A stretch of DNA of 29,217 bases from an uncultured bacterium (GTDB lineage: Bacteria > Acidobacteriota > Blastocatellia > Pyrinomonadales > Pyrinomonadaceae): the NCBI GenBank assembly GCA_965365725.1, contig CBDUCU010000001.1:1-29217 (forward strand). Reading direction: 5' to 3'. Positions 8,441 through 17,938 of this stretch are shown here, piece after piece. The position numbers were made by a program, and so were the translations under genes. Positions within the stretch are counted from its first letter, which is position 1. Every line of letters begins with the position of its first letter. Below the pieces are notes generated by a model. It did not search any database and was not told where the DNA came from. It was given only the letters and a program-made list of their open reading frames with translations.

Positions 8441-10369
8441 ATGAGACATTGCGCAAAAACCTTCGGCTCTTTTCTGGTGCTCTGCTGCGCCTTCGCCTCT
8501 TTGCTTCTGGTTCCGGCCCGCGCGCAATCATTGCCTGATGCGTCGCATCGGGGTCGCACAAACACCGTCGCAGCGGTCGAGGACATACACTCTTACTCCA
8601 ATCCGCAGGACGTTCGCGTCAAACACGTGGATTTGGATTGGACGGTTGACTTCAACCGCAAAACTTTGACGGGAACAGCGACGCTCGATGTCGAGAGAGT
8701 TTCGACGAACGAGCGCGCGCCTCTCATCCTCGATACGCGCGCGCTCAACATCACGCGCGTCGAGGCTTCCAGCAACGGCGCGCGTTTTACGGAGACGCAG
8801 TTTAGCGTCGGCGCGTCGAACGCGGTTTTAGGCGCGCCCCTGACGATTCAGTTGCCGCCGGACGCGCGCCGCGTACGCGTCCATTATTCGACGAGTCCGG
8901 GAGCATCAGGTCTTCAATGGCTTGAACCTGCGCAGACCGCAGGCAAGCGCCATCCGTTTATGTTCACGCAGTCGCAGGCGATTCACGCGCGCAGCTGGAT
9001 ACCTTTGCAGGACACGCCGCAGGTGAGAGTTACCTACGCGGCGCGCGTGCGCACGCCGCCTACGCTCCTCGCCGTGATGAGCGCCGAGAACGAGCCGCGC
9101 GCTGCGCGCGACGGCGACTATTCGTTCAGGATGAAGCAGCCCATTCCGTCGTATTTGATTGCGTTGGCTGTGGGCGATCTGCAATTTCGTCCGATGAGCC
9201 GTCGCACAGGCGTGTATGCCGAGCCGTCGGTCGTTAATAAGGCTGCATGGGAGTTTGCCGACACCGAGCGGATGATCGTTGCGACCGAGCGCATCTACGG
9301 CCCATATCGTTGGGGGCGCTATGACATTCTGGTACTGCCGCCGAGCTTTCCTTACGGCGGCATGGAAAATCCCCGTCTGACGTTTGCCACGCCGACAATT
9401 CTTGCGGGCGACCGCAGCCTCGTCTCTCTGATCGCGCACGAGTTGGCACACTCCTGGTCGGGCAATCTTGTGACCAATGCGACGTGGCGCGACTTTTGGC
9501 TCAACGAAGGGTTTACGACCTATCTTGAGCGGCGCATTGTTGAGGCGGTTTATGGGCGCGCGCGCGCCGAGATGGAGGCCGCGCTTGGGCGACGCGATTT
9601 GGAAGAAGAGATCAAGACGTTTGCAGACCGTGACGAGATTCTTCACGTCGACTTGACTGGACGCGACCCTGACGAGGGATCAACCGATGTGCCTTACGAG
9701 AAGGGCGCGCTCTTTCTTCGTAATCTCGAAGAGACTTTCGGGCGCGCGCGATTCGACGCATTCTTGCGCAGCTATTTCGACAGCCACGCCTTCCGCAGCA
9801 TCACGACCGAAGAGTTCGTCTCTTACTTGAAAGCAAACCTGCTCGATAAGTATCCACGCCTGGCCGCGCGCGTGCCCGTCGAGGAATGGATCGAGCGCGC
9901 GGGGCTTCCTTCGACTGCTCCGCGCCCCTCGTCGCCTGCTTTCTCGCGCGTCGAAGCGCAAGCTCGTCGTTGGTCTGAAGGAAGACTCACGACGGCGCGC
10001 ATCAACGCGGCGCGCTGGTCAACGCAGGAGTGGCTACACTTTCTGCAATCGCTGCCGCAGGATTTAAGCGCGGAAAGAATGGGTGAGCTTGACCGCGCGT
10101 TTCGTCTGACGACGACGGGCAATTCCGAAATCGCTTTCCAGTGGTTGATGATGTCGATTCGCAGCCGCTATCAACCGGCACAGCCGCGACTTGAAGAGTT
10201 TTTGACTTCGGTCGGAAGACGCAAGTTTATCCGCCCGCTCTATCAGGAATTGGCGAAGACGCAGGAAGGGCGCGAACGCGCTCTTTCGATCTACAGGCGA
10301 GCGCGCCCGACCTATCATCCAATCGCGGTGACGACCATTGACGAGATATTGAAATGGAAGGCCGAGTAA
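8441..10369 (+). CDS. Exported M1-family zinc aminopeptidase (leukotriene-A4-hydrolase-like)
   Basis: GGMEN, HELAH-x18-E (WLNEG), YEKG, C-terminal GRRKFIRPLY; signal peptide from ATG 8441. Confidence 0.92.
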   Translation: MRHCAKTFGSFLVLCCAFASLLLVPARAQSLPDASHRGRTNTVAAVEDIHSYSNPQDVRVKHVDLDWTVDFNRKTLTGTATLDVERVSTNERAPLILDTRALNITRVEASSNGARFTETQFSVGASNAVLGAPLTIQLPPDARRVRVHYSTSPGASGLQWLEPAQTAGKRHPFMFTQSQAIHARSWIPLQDTPQVRVTYAARVRTPPTLLAVMSAENEPRAARDGDYSFRMKQPIPSYLIALAVGDLQFRPMSRRTGVYAEPSVVNKAAWEFADTERMIVATERIYGPYRWGRYDILVLPPSFPYGGMENPRLTFATPTILAGDRSLVSLIAHELAHSWSGNLVTNATWRDFWLNEGFTTYLERRIVEAVYGRARAEMEAALGRRDLEEEIKTFADRDEILHVDLTGRDPDEGSTDVPYEKGALFLRNLEETFGRARFDAFLRSYFDSHAFRSITTEEFVSYLKANLLDKYPRLAARVPVEEWIERAGLPSTAPRPSSPAFSRVEAQARRWSEGRLTTARINAARWSTQEWLHFLQSLPQDLSAERMGELDRAFRLTTTGNSEIAFQWLMMSIRSRYQPAQPRLEEFLTSVGRRKFIRPLYQELAKTQEGRERALSIYRRARPTYHPIAVTTIDEILKWKAE

Positions 10370-10459
10370 AAGCGCTCGGTTTGGCAGTGGCGTTTTTGAA
10401 TCCTGAGCGAGAGCATTTTATCAACACAGCGAAAGAGGACAGAGAAACTGCCGACGCAG

Positions 10460-10490
10460 ATTTGAAATGTCAGGTTTGAGATTTCAAATT
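10460..10490. repeat. Period-7 array ATTTGAA-ATGTCAG-GTTTGAG-ATTTCAA, self-complementary
   Basis: Read directly; ATTTGAAAT / ATTTCAAAT arms form a hairpin. Confidence 0.55.
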
Positions 10491-10706
10491 CGCTCCTTTG
10501 TGTTTGTTCTGTTTCCTATATGTGTGTTGCGGTAAAAGCTCTCGCATTTTACTCGACATTGAATAGAGATTGGCGCGCGCGCAAAGCAACCATTGTCGGT
10601 CAAACATTTTAGTGCTAGAGTCTGCGTCCGTTCGATCCTGAATCGATGCTAAAGAGGCGCTCGCGCTCAATCCTCAACGCGCGCGCGAGCCGCAAGCAGC
10701 GCGAAT

Positions 10707-11423
10707 ATGTCTTTCTACCCCGACACCGATAGAGCTTCGACGTGGGTCGCCCTCGTCATGATCGGATTCATGGCCGTTTCATTGCTCGTCTGGATTCTGG
10801 GACGCGGGCCAAACGAACAGCCGTCTTCAACCGTGCCGCCACAGCCGCCACAATCTGAGGCTCCTGTGGCCGAAGCAGCACAACCAAAGACCGACGCGCC
10901 GCAGGCGACACAGCCTGTCGCACCGCTCGCAATATCACAACCCGTTCTCTCAAACTCTTACGCCGAAAAGCCGTCGGCGGACAATCGCTCTGCGGAATAT
11001 GCGCAGCCAGCTCAATTAGCCATTCGCACGCAGAGCAACCCGCCAGCGGCTTCTACCGCGCCTTTGGCTTCTCAGACAACTATCTCTTCCCCCACGCAGC
11101 CTGCTCCATCCATCCCAGCGCAGACTTCAGTGCTGCCCGCCGCACAGCCGACCCCGTCTTCGCCGACGACAACATCTTCTGTCGCGCGTGAGGCAGGGCC
11201 GAATGCATCGGCGCTTGTCAGAGGGTTGCGCTCAAACGGACATAGAGTTCATGCGACCGTCAGCGGCGCGGGCAGCTCGATGACGCTTTCGGTAACCGGT
11301 GCGACGCTCACACGCGAGGCGGCGGTCGAATGGCTCGGCGGCGCACGTCAAGAGCTCAAGGCCGCAGGCGTACGCGTCGTCTCGATCCATAGCGGGCAGG
11401 GAAGTTGGACGTTTATGCTCTAA
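10707..11423 (+). CDS. Hypothetical membrane-anchored protein: TM helix, Pro/Ala/Ser/Thr/Gln-rich linker, small C-terminal alpha/beta domain
   Basis: 238-aa ORF fills the intergenic gap and has a coherent architecture; no family recognised. Confidence 0.7.
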   Translation: MSFYPDTDRASTWVALVMIGFMAVSLLVWILGRGPNEQPSSTVPPQPPQSEAPVAEAAQPKTDAPQATQPVAPLAISQPVLSNSYAEKPSADNRSAEYAQPAQLAIRTQSNPPAASTAPLASQTTISSPTQPAPSIPAQTSVLPAAQPTPSSPTTTSSVAREAGPNASALVRGLRSNGHRVHATVSGAGSSMTLSVTGATLTREAAVEWLGGARQELKAAGVRVVSIHSGQGSWTFML

Positions 11424-11430
11424 ATTCAAT

Positions 11431-11541
11431 TGTCCGTTGTCAGTAGTCTGCTGTCAGTTGTTTATGCGTAGTATCTTGACGCTTTTCAATCAACAGCGTC
11501 GAGTCTGTAAAGCAGAAACAACGGACTACTGACAACGGACA
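11431..11541. repeat. Inverted pair of period-7 arrays between convergent genes
   Basis: GTC at 11432/11439/11446/11453 and GAC at 11524/11531/11538; perfect 18-bp inverted repeat 11431-11448 / 11524-11541. Confidence 0.85.
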
Positions 11542-11545
11542 TTTT

Positions 11546-12535
11546 TTAATCCGCGCGCTTGACCTCGATTAAAGGGATGGGCGGTTTCTCGCTTGTCGCA
11601 TAGACGGCTGCGCCGTCAGCTCCATAACAAATTGTCTCGCCTTGCCCGCGCGCGCCGAGTTCGATGGCGAGCGTGGGTTGCTTCCAAACATCATCGAACG
11701 TAGCACGCGCATCGTTTGCCGGCAGGCTCAACTCATAAGCCGCTAAATAATCGCACAACACGACGCGACGACCGTCAGGCGAGATGTCGCCGCCGGTGAT
11801 AAAACCGCCGAAGAGACCGGGCAGGCTGACCTCGCCGACGCGCTCAAGTGTGTTGACGGCGGAAGTGGCTGCCGCCGCGCGCAGACGATAGATTCCGGCT
11901 GCTCCTGTCCCTACTTTTGTGACGATGTAAATGTCTCCGCTCGCGGGATGCACCATCAACGTCTCAGCATCCTGCGCTCCGTCCGGATATTTTAATCTGA
12001 TGGCTTCAGCCGGTTCTGTCGCTTGCACGGCGCTCTGAGCTTCGGAGGCAAGCGCCGGTTCGGGAAAGCGATAGACGACGATCTCTGCGCGCCGCGACGA
12101 GTTGTCGCCGATGTCGCCGACATAGAGAAAGGCGCGCCCGTTTATCTGCGCGGCGGCCATATCTTCCCAATCGGTGTTGCGCGCGCCCGCGACGCGAAAT
12201 GTGCCGCGCGATTTGCCCTCGCGGTCAAAGGCGTAGACAAAAGGGCCGTCGCCCGAATCGTTGTGCGTCCAGAAAATGCCGTGCGTCAGACGCGAGGCCG
12301 CAAGACCGCTGCTCTCATCGATCTGCTTTTCCGCCAGAATCGCCAGTCTCGAAGGCGCGCCAAAAGGAGCGCGCTGCAAGTCGGCGTTTGTTTGTTGAGC
12401 GTCTTGCTTCTTGACCTCCTTGCTGCTAGGTCGTCTCTCTTTTTTCGATTGCGCATCCGGATAGGCACATGCTGGGGAAGCAATGCACAAGACGCAGAGG
12501 ATGAAGGCAAAGCAATTACTCAAAGATGTTTTCAT
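11546..12535 (-). CDS. Exported hypothetical protein, probably beta-propeller (HNDSGD-motif type)
   Basis: Signal peptide from ATG 12535; ESSGLAAS, WTHNDSGD, DWEDMA, GDIGDN, DAETL, GDISPDG and QGETI motifs. Function not assignable. Confidence 0.72.
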   Translation of the reverse strand: MKTSLSNCFAFILCVLCIASPACAYPDAQSKKERRPSSKEVKKQDAQQTNADLQRAPFGAPSRLAILAEKQIDESSGLAASRLTHGIFWTHNDSGDGPFVYAFDREGKSRGTFRVAGARNTDWEDMAAAQINGRAFLYVGDIGDNSSRRAEIVVYRFPEPALASEAQSAVQATEPAEAIRLKYPDGAQDAETLMVHPASGDIYIVTKVGTGAAGIYRLRAAAATSAVNTLERVGEVSLPGLFGGFITGGDISPDGRRVVLCDYLAAYELSLPANDARATFDDVWKQPTLAIELGARGQGETICYGADGAAVYATSEKPPIPLIEVKRAD

Positions 12536-12661
12536 ACACACATCAACCATCCAAAATTGAACCGGCGAGATAAAACCGAAGCGATGAATAGAATTCGAGA
12601 CGACCAACGCGAAATTTTAGTTCTCGAATCAAATCTCTACCCAGCTCTTGCATGTCAGCTT

Positions 12662-12677
12662 GCCGTCAGATTAACGA
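12662..12677 (+). repeat. Left copy of 16-bp direct repeat GCCGTCAG(A/C)TTAACGA
   Basis: 15/16 identical to 14973-14988. Confidence 0.65.
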
Positions 12678-12842
12678 CAACGCCATCTGCGCCGTCGTCC
12701 CGCGCTCTAAAATTTGACGACATTAACGCCCGCCGCCTTTTAACTTACTGACCGTGCAGCTTCATTATAGAGAATAACGCGGCGAAGAATAATGCGCCCT
12801 GCACTGCGTGCGACATTAATCGTGGCGACATCCATGCAGACT

Positions 12843-12851
12843 TGGTATAGT
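12843..12851 (+). promoter_or_regulatory. Possible extended -10 promoter (TGGTATAGT) for the histidine kinase
   Basis: TGn-TATAGT about 60 nt upstream of the start; no good -35. Confidence 0.35.
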
Positions 12852-12910
12852 CGCCTAGTTCCCCCAAAACTTTCTGCCGTTATTTCTTCGATTCTGTTTC
12901 GTCTAAGTGT

Positions 12911-14953
12911 GTGTATATGTCTGGCGCGTCTCCATCTTCAGAACTGCACGACGATAAACCCGAGACAGGTTCTCTGCCCGAGCCACACGACAAACTGGCT
13001 TCATATTGGCTGGCCGCTATTATTGATTCAGCTGACGACGCGATCATCACCAAAACGCTCGAAGGGGTGATCACAAGCTGGAACAGGGGCGCAGAGCGGA
13101 TCTTCGGCTACACGGGTCAGGAGGCAATCGGAAGACCCGTCACGCTCCTTATTCCGCCCGACCACATAGACGAAGAGCCGGCCATCCTGGCGCGGCTTAG
13201 AGCGGGAGAGCGCATCGAGCATTACGAGACCATCAGGGTTCGCAAAGATGGTACGCGGATAAACATCTCGCTCACCGTCTCGCCCATCGTGACACCGGAA
13301 GGACGAATCATCGGCGCGTCGAAAATCGCACGCGACATTACTGAGCGTAAGCTGGCGGAGATGGAGCTGAGCAGGTCGAGAAGACAACTGGAGACGGTTT
13401 TTAACAACGCCACGCTCGCTCTCTTCGTCATGGACGAGCGGCAGCACTGCACATACATGAATCCGTCAGCCGAAAAGCTCACAGGCTATAAGCTGGGAGA
13501 AGTACAAGGCAGGCCGCTGCATTATTTCATCCATCACACCCGCCCCGATGGTCGCCCCTACCTGCTCGAAGACTGTCCTATCGATCAAGCGTTGCCGCAA
13601 AACAATCAGGAGCAGGGCGAAGACGTTTTTGTACATAAGGACGGCTCTTTTTATCCGGTCGCATTTACGGCCAGCCCCATCCGTGAAAACGGTCGTCCCG
13701 TCGGTACGATCATCGAAGTGCGCGACACCACGCAGGAGAAGCGCGCGGCTGAAGAGAAAGAGAGACTGTACCGCGAGGCGCAGGAATCGAGCCGCCTCAA
13801 GGACGAGTTTCTCGCCACCGTGTCGCATGAACTCAGAACGCCTCTGACAGCCATTCTCGGCTGGGCGCATATGCTGCGCACGGGACAGTTCAAAGGCGAC
13901 TCCGCGACGAGGGCCTGCGAAACGATAGAGAGAAATGCGCGCGCGCAAGCTCAGCTGATCGACGACCTGCTCGATGTCTCGCGCATCATTACGGGCAAGC
14001 TCCGCATCGACGTGCGGCCTATCGATCCAAACTCCTTTATTGAAGCAGCCATCGAGGCGGTAAGACCGGCGACAGAGGCAAAGGGCGTGCGCCTAGAGAA
14101 GATTATGGACACGGGCGTAGTCACGGTCTCAGGCGACCCCGTCCGGTTGCAGCAGGTGATTTGGAATCTGCTCTCCAACGCCATCAAGTTCACTCCGCGC
14201 AGCGGACGCGTGCAACTTAGATTGGAGCGCGTCAACTCGCATGTTGAGATTGCGGTCAGCGACAGCGGGGTCGGGATTGCGCCCGAATTTCTCCCATTTG
14301 TCTTTGACCGCTTCCGCCAGGCCGACCAGCGCACCACGCGTCAACACGGCGGTCTCGGTCTCGGTCTTGCCATCGTCCGCCATCTGGTCGAGCTTCACGG
14401 TGGAAGCGTGCGAGCAGAAAGCATGGGCGAAGGTCGGGGCGCAACCTTCACGGTAATGCTGCCGGTCACACCCGTTTATCAAACCGTTAGTAAAGAGGAG
14501 CGCGTCCATCCGGCGGCCAGAGACACTCTGCCTTTGTATGAGTGTCCCGAAAGATTCGATGGGCTGAAGATACTCGTCATTGACGATGAGCCGGACACGC
14601 GTGAGTTGCTAAAAGTGGGGCTTGAGCAATGCGGAGCGGAAGTGATTACCGTCGGATCGGCTGACGAGGCGCTCAAGACAATCAGCGTCGCCGTACCCGA
14701 CTTGCTGATAAGCGATATCGGAATGCCGGGCGTAGATGGTTACGATCTGATGCGGCGCGTGCGCGCTCTGCCTGCCGATGGCGGCGGCAACGTGCCGGCC
14801 ATCGCCCTGACGGCCTATGCTCGCGTCGAGGATCGCATGCAGGCGCTACGAGTCGGCTATCAGATGCATGTACCCAAACCTGTCGAGTTGGCCGAACTGA
14901 TTGCGGTTGCCGCCAGCCTCGTTCAACGTCGAAGCAAGACAGGCGATTCCTGA
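12911..14953 (+). CDS. Hybrid sensor histidine kinase PAS-PAS-HisKA-HATPase-REC
   Basis: Two PAS repeats (SWNRGAERIFGY; YMNPSAEKLTGY), H-box VSHELRTPL, N-box NLLSNAIKF, G-boxes DSGVGI and GLGLGL, receiver DDE/DIGMP/KP. Soluble; no cognate regulator adjacent. Confidence 0.95.
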   Translation: MYMSGASPSSELHDDKPETGSLPEPHDKLASYWLAAIIDSADDAIITKTLEGVITSWNRGAERIFGYTGQEAIGRPVTLLIPPDHIDEEPAILARLRAGERIEHYETIRVRKDGTRINISLTVSPIVTPEGRIIGASKIARDITERKLAEMELSRSRRQLETVFNNATLALFVMDERQHCTYMNPSAEKLTGYKLGEVQGRPLHYFIHHTRPDGRPYLLEDCPIDQALPQNNQEQGEDVFVHKDGSFYPVAFTASPIRENGRPVGTIIEVRDTTQEKRAAEEKERLYREAQESSRLKDEFLATVSHELRTPLTAILGWAHMLRTGQFKGDSATRACETIERNARAQAQLIDDLLDVSRIITGKLRIDVRPIDPNSFIEAAIEAVRPATEAKGVRLEKIMDTGVVTVSGDPVRLQQVIWNLLSNAIKFTPRSGRVQLRLERVNSHVEIAVSDSGVGIAPEFLPFVFDRFRQADQRTTRQHGGLGLGLAIVRHLVELHGGSVRAESMGEGRGATFTVMLPVTPVYQTVSKEERVHPAARDTLPLYECPERFDGLKILVIDDEPDTRELLKVGLEQCGAEVITVGSADEALKTISVAVPDLLISDIGMPGVDGYDLMRRVRALPADGGGNVPAIALTAYARVEDRMQALRVGYQMHVPKPVELAELIAVAASLVQRRSKTGDS

Positions 14954-14972
14954 AAGATAAACAGACACGCGC

Positions 14973-14988
14973 GCCGTCAGCTTAACGA
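14973..14988 (+). repeat. Right copy of the 16-bp direct repeat
   Basis: GCCGTCAGCTTAACGA, 20 nt after the kinase stop. Confidence 0.65.
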
Positions 14989-15124
14989 TGAAGCGATAAG
15001 TTGAGAAATGAAGCGGCCCGGTTGAAGACTAACTTTGATTGCGCAAGACAAAGACGATCTTCGCGCTACGATCAGTCAGTTTCTTGAGGAAGTGTGGACG
15101 TTGTAATGTTCGAGACGAAGCTTT

Positions 15125-16978
15125 TTATCGTGCACGCTTGTTCAAAGAATAAGCGTGCAGGCGATTGTCTTTCGAGGTGTAGAGCAGGCTCGTCACTTCA
15201 TCGCTGATAAAGCGTACGTCGGGGTCGTCAATCGGCACAGCGCGGTCAGCCTCGCCCGTGTTGATGTTGACACCGGCAAGCCCATGTCCCGCCCCGCGCA
15301 AGTCCGTGTAAAAGTACATCCACTGCCCGCGCAAAGCTGCAAGACGGCGCTCTCGCCAGAGAAAACGCGAGAGACGCTCAAGCTGATTCGCCGGGTCGAG
15401 ACGGTCGAGGAGACGTTCCTCCACATCGACCGACGGGCGCGGAACGCTCGGCGCGCGAATCGAAGACGCGGAGCGTGCGCGCGCCAGAACTCCGAAAGTT
15501 TGAAACCGCTCGCGCACGCTGTCGCGCGCATAGTTTGTCGCAAGCGTCGTTAGATTTGTCGGGGTCGCATGAGCGGCAAGGCCCGACCAACGCAGCGAGC
15601 TTGCTGTTAAAAGAAGACGTGCGCCGCCCGCAACGGTTGAGATCGCGCCGCCGTAACGAAAATAGAGCGAGGCGGCGCGCGCTGCGATTGCCGCAACCGT
15701 GCGAAACAGGCCGCGCCCCGGCGGGTTGTGACGTGCGCGCCAAATTTCACTCTCACTTTGAAGATCAAATGCAGCCAGCTCGTTGCGCCCACCGACGACG
15801 GCCTCGCCGCGCTCGTTTAAGACGACAAAGGCTGCGCGCTCAATCTTGTGCGAGATTTTTTTGCGACGCTTCCCCGTCTCAGCATCAATCATGATGAGAT
15901 CGTCGCGGTCTGCAACGACGACCGTCGAAGCATCGGGCAAGACGAGATTTGTGATGCCTTTGTCTGCGCCCTTGTAGCGCCAGAGCACGCGCCCCGTTGA
16001 GGCATCAATCGCGCTTACGCCGAACGGGCCGCGCTCCGCCACGTCGCCGTCTTCCAGACGTGTAAACTGTCCACCCGTTCGCACGAAAAGCGTGCCGCGC
16101 GCCAAGATCATTTCGGGCGCAAGCCCCAAATCTTTCGACTCCCAAATCTCTTCGCCGCTCGCGCGCGAGACGGCGCGCACACGCCCGCGCCCCGAAAAAT
16201 AGATGTGCCTTTCATCGACAACCGGGTCGGCTTCCGTCAACGCCAGACCCTCTTCGTTGACGCGAAACTTCTCGCGCCGCCGCTCGCGCCCATCGCGTGC
16301 ATCGAGCGAAGTTACGCCTTCGTAGAAAAGATAAAGTCGCCCGTCAAGAAATGCGGGCGCGCGATAATTGTCGAGCGCGTAAGCAACCTCGTCGTCCGAA
16401 TTCTCGCGCCAAAGGGTCGGCATCAATTCGACTTCGCTCTCAAGCTCGCGCTTCCAAAGCTCTCGGCCCGTCGCCAGATCAAAAAGATGGACGACGGGCT
16501 TGCGTTTAAAGCCTGCACGCGGGCGCGAGCGTGCATCGCGTACAAGGACGGCTGCGAGCATCTTTGTCTCCGGGTCGAAGGCCAATTGCATCACGCCGCC
16601 TCGCACGCGCTCGCTACGCCACAAGGCATCGCCCGTCAAAAGATCGACGGCTTCGAGTCGCGTCCTTTCATCGCGCTCAAGACTAAGGAGCACAACGTCC
16701 GTTCCGGGCACGGGCGCAACGTCCGTCTCATCGAGACGCACATTTTTACGTCGCCACAAAATATCTCCGCGCTCTGCATCGACGCCGTAGAGCGAGCGTT
16801 CTGTTCCGACGACGAGCACGCCCACTTCCGTCGTTTGATAAAACCGCACGTCGCCGTCGAGTTTTGCCGACCATTGCGGCGCAGCCCACGCAGCATTTGC
16901 AAAGACAACGGATATGAGCACGACTTTTATCCAACTCTGCACAGGTCGCTTTGTCTTGAAAAGAGTGCTTACGGTCAA
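15125..16978 (-). CDS. Exported PQQ-repeat/BamB-like beta-propeller protein
   Basis: Repeated Trp-docking units (DAERGDILW, DLLTGDALW, DLATGRELW, DASTGRVLW); signal peptide ending AWA. Start uncertain (TTG). Confidence 0.8.
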   Translation of the reverse strand: MTVSTLFKTKRPVQSWIKVVLISVVFANAAWAAPQWSAKLDGDVRFYQTTEVGVLVVGTERSLYGVDAERGDILWRRKNVRLDETDVAPVPGTDVVLLSLERDERTRLEAVDLLTGDALWRSERVRGGVMQLAFDPETKMLAAVLVRDARSRPRAGFKRKPVVHLFDLATGRELWKRELESEVELMPTLWRENSDDEVAYALDNYRAPAFLDGRLYLFYEGVTSLDARDGRERRREKFRVNEEGLALTEADPVVDERHIYFSGRGRVRAVSRASGEEIWESKDLGLAPEMILARGTLFVRTGGQFTRLEDGDVAERGPFGVSAIDASTGRVLWRYKGADKGITNLVLPDASTVVVADRDDLIMIDAETGKRRKKISHKIERAAFVVLNERGEAVVGGRNELAAFDLQSESEIWRARHNPPGRGLFRTVAAIAARAASLYFRYGGAISTVAGGARLLLTASSLRWSGLAAHATPTNLTTLATNYARDSVRERFQTFGVLARARSASSIRAPSVPRPSVDVEERLLDRLDPANQLERLSRFLWRERRLAALRGQWMYFYTDLRGAGHGLAGVNINTGEADRAVPIDDPDVRFISDEVTSLLYTSKDNRLHAYSLNKRAR

Positions 16979-17041
16979 TGGATTTTTCCTCGGTCCTTTT
17001 GCAGACTAAGAAATAATTCAAACATGGAGGGGACAGGATGT

Positions 17042-17128
17042 AAGACAAGCGATCAAGGAGCAACGCTAAACGATGAATGATAAAACAGCTTGTCTTTCAT
17101 CCATCGTTTAGCGTTGCTCCTTCATCGT
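17042..17128. repeat. Inverted pair of ACGATGA-type period-7 arrays between two minus-strand genes
   Basis: Perfect 21-bp inverted repeat 17055-17075 / 17102-17122; units AGGAGCA ACGCTAA ACGATGA ATGATAA. A second inverted pair lies at 17042-17050 / 17088-17096. Confidence 0.85.
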
Positions 17129-17173
17129 TTCTTCTCCTGTGCATCCATGTTGATTCTTCCTCGACGACACGGG

Positions 17174-17806
17174 TTAGAAAGGGCTGCCCTTTGTGCCGAG
17201 CGAGCGTTCGGCAATCTTTGAGAGCGCGACGGCGAGCGCTGCGCCGCCAAGGACTTTGATGAGCATAGGCTGGCGCGCATAGACTTCGCTGACGCGCTCG
17301 ATGATCGAAGGATCATGCTTTTCGGCCTCGGCTGCCGCCTGCTCAACGGCTTCAGGTGAAATCTGCTCGGCCTGTTCGGGTGTAATCTGCGGCAACTGTG
17401 CATGGCCCGCCCCGCTTGCCGCGCCGCCGCCAAAGCCGCCGAGAATCTGATCGAGCGACGAGCCGCCGCCGCTGCCGCCGAAATTACCTCCGGCAGTGTT
17501 GTTGCTGCTGTTGCCACTGCGCGCGAGTATCTGTTGAAGAACTGTCGGGCCGAGCGCGGCAATTAAAGAGTTGAGAATGCCTGCGCGTTGTTGACCCGAA
17601 GACTGCGCGAAGATTTGACCGAGCATGTTTGGGAACGGAGGCGTGCGGTCGTCGCGGAAGGCTGCGGCTAAGCCGTCTGAAACAGCATTGGGCGGCGCGT
17701 TCTGTGCAAACTGGTCGAAGTCGTCCTCGACGGTGTCAGGAGCTTGATCGGGCTGGACGTTGTTGTATTGTTTGAGAAGATCGCTGATTCCGCTTACCCA
17801 ACTCAT
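17174..17806 (-). CDS. Conserved-looking hypothetical helical protein with Gly/Ser-rich insert
   Basis: AAGGAG SD, ATG 17806, C-terminal hydrophobic helix. Loosely YidB/DUF937-like, not certain. Confidence 0.72.
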   Translation of the reverse strand: MSWVSGISDLLKQYNNVQPDQAPDTVEDDFDQFAQNAPPNAVSDGLAAAFRDDRTPPFPNMLGQIFAQSSGQQRAGILNSLIAALGPTVLQQILARSGNSSNNTAGGNFGGSGGGSSLDQILGGFGGGAASGAGHAQLPQITPEQAEQISPEAVEQAAAEAEKHDPSIIERVSEVYARQPMLIKVLGGAALAVALSKIAERSLGTKGSPF

Positions 17807-17938
17807 TTTTGTTTCTCCTTGATGCTGGCAGAAAGGTTAAGAGAGGCGCGCATGCCTGTGTCGGGCGTGCGCGCCAATTTTTTGGGGGCGAAATCAAGGG
17901 GAGTTCGTGTCGCAGCTTAACGCGCGAGGCGCGGTTTG

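Noticed and set aside
10406-11498. ATCAAC(AC)AGCG similarity flanking the 10707 orphan as an insertion scar
   Set aside because: Short and gapped; not distinguishable from chance.
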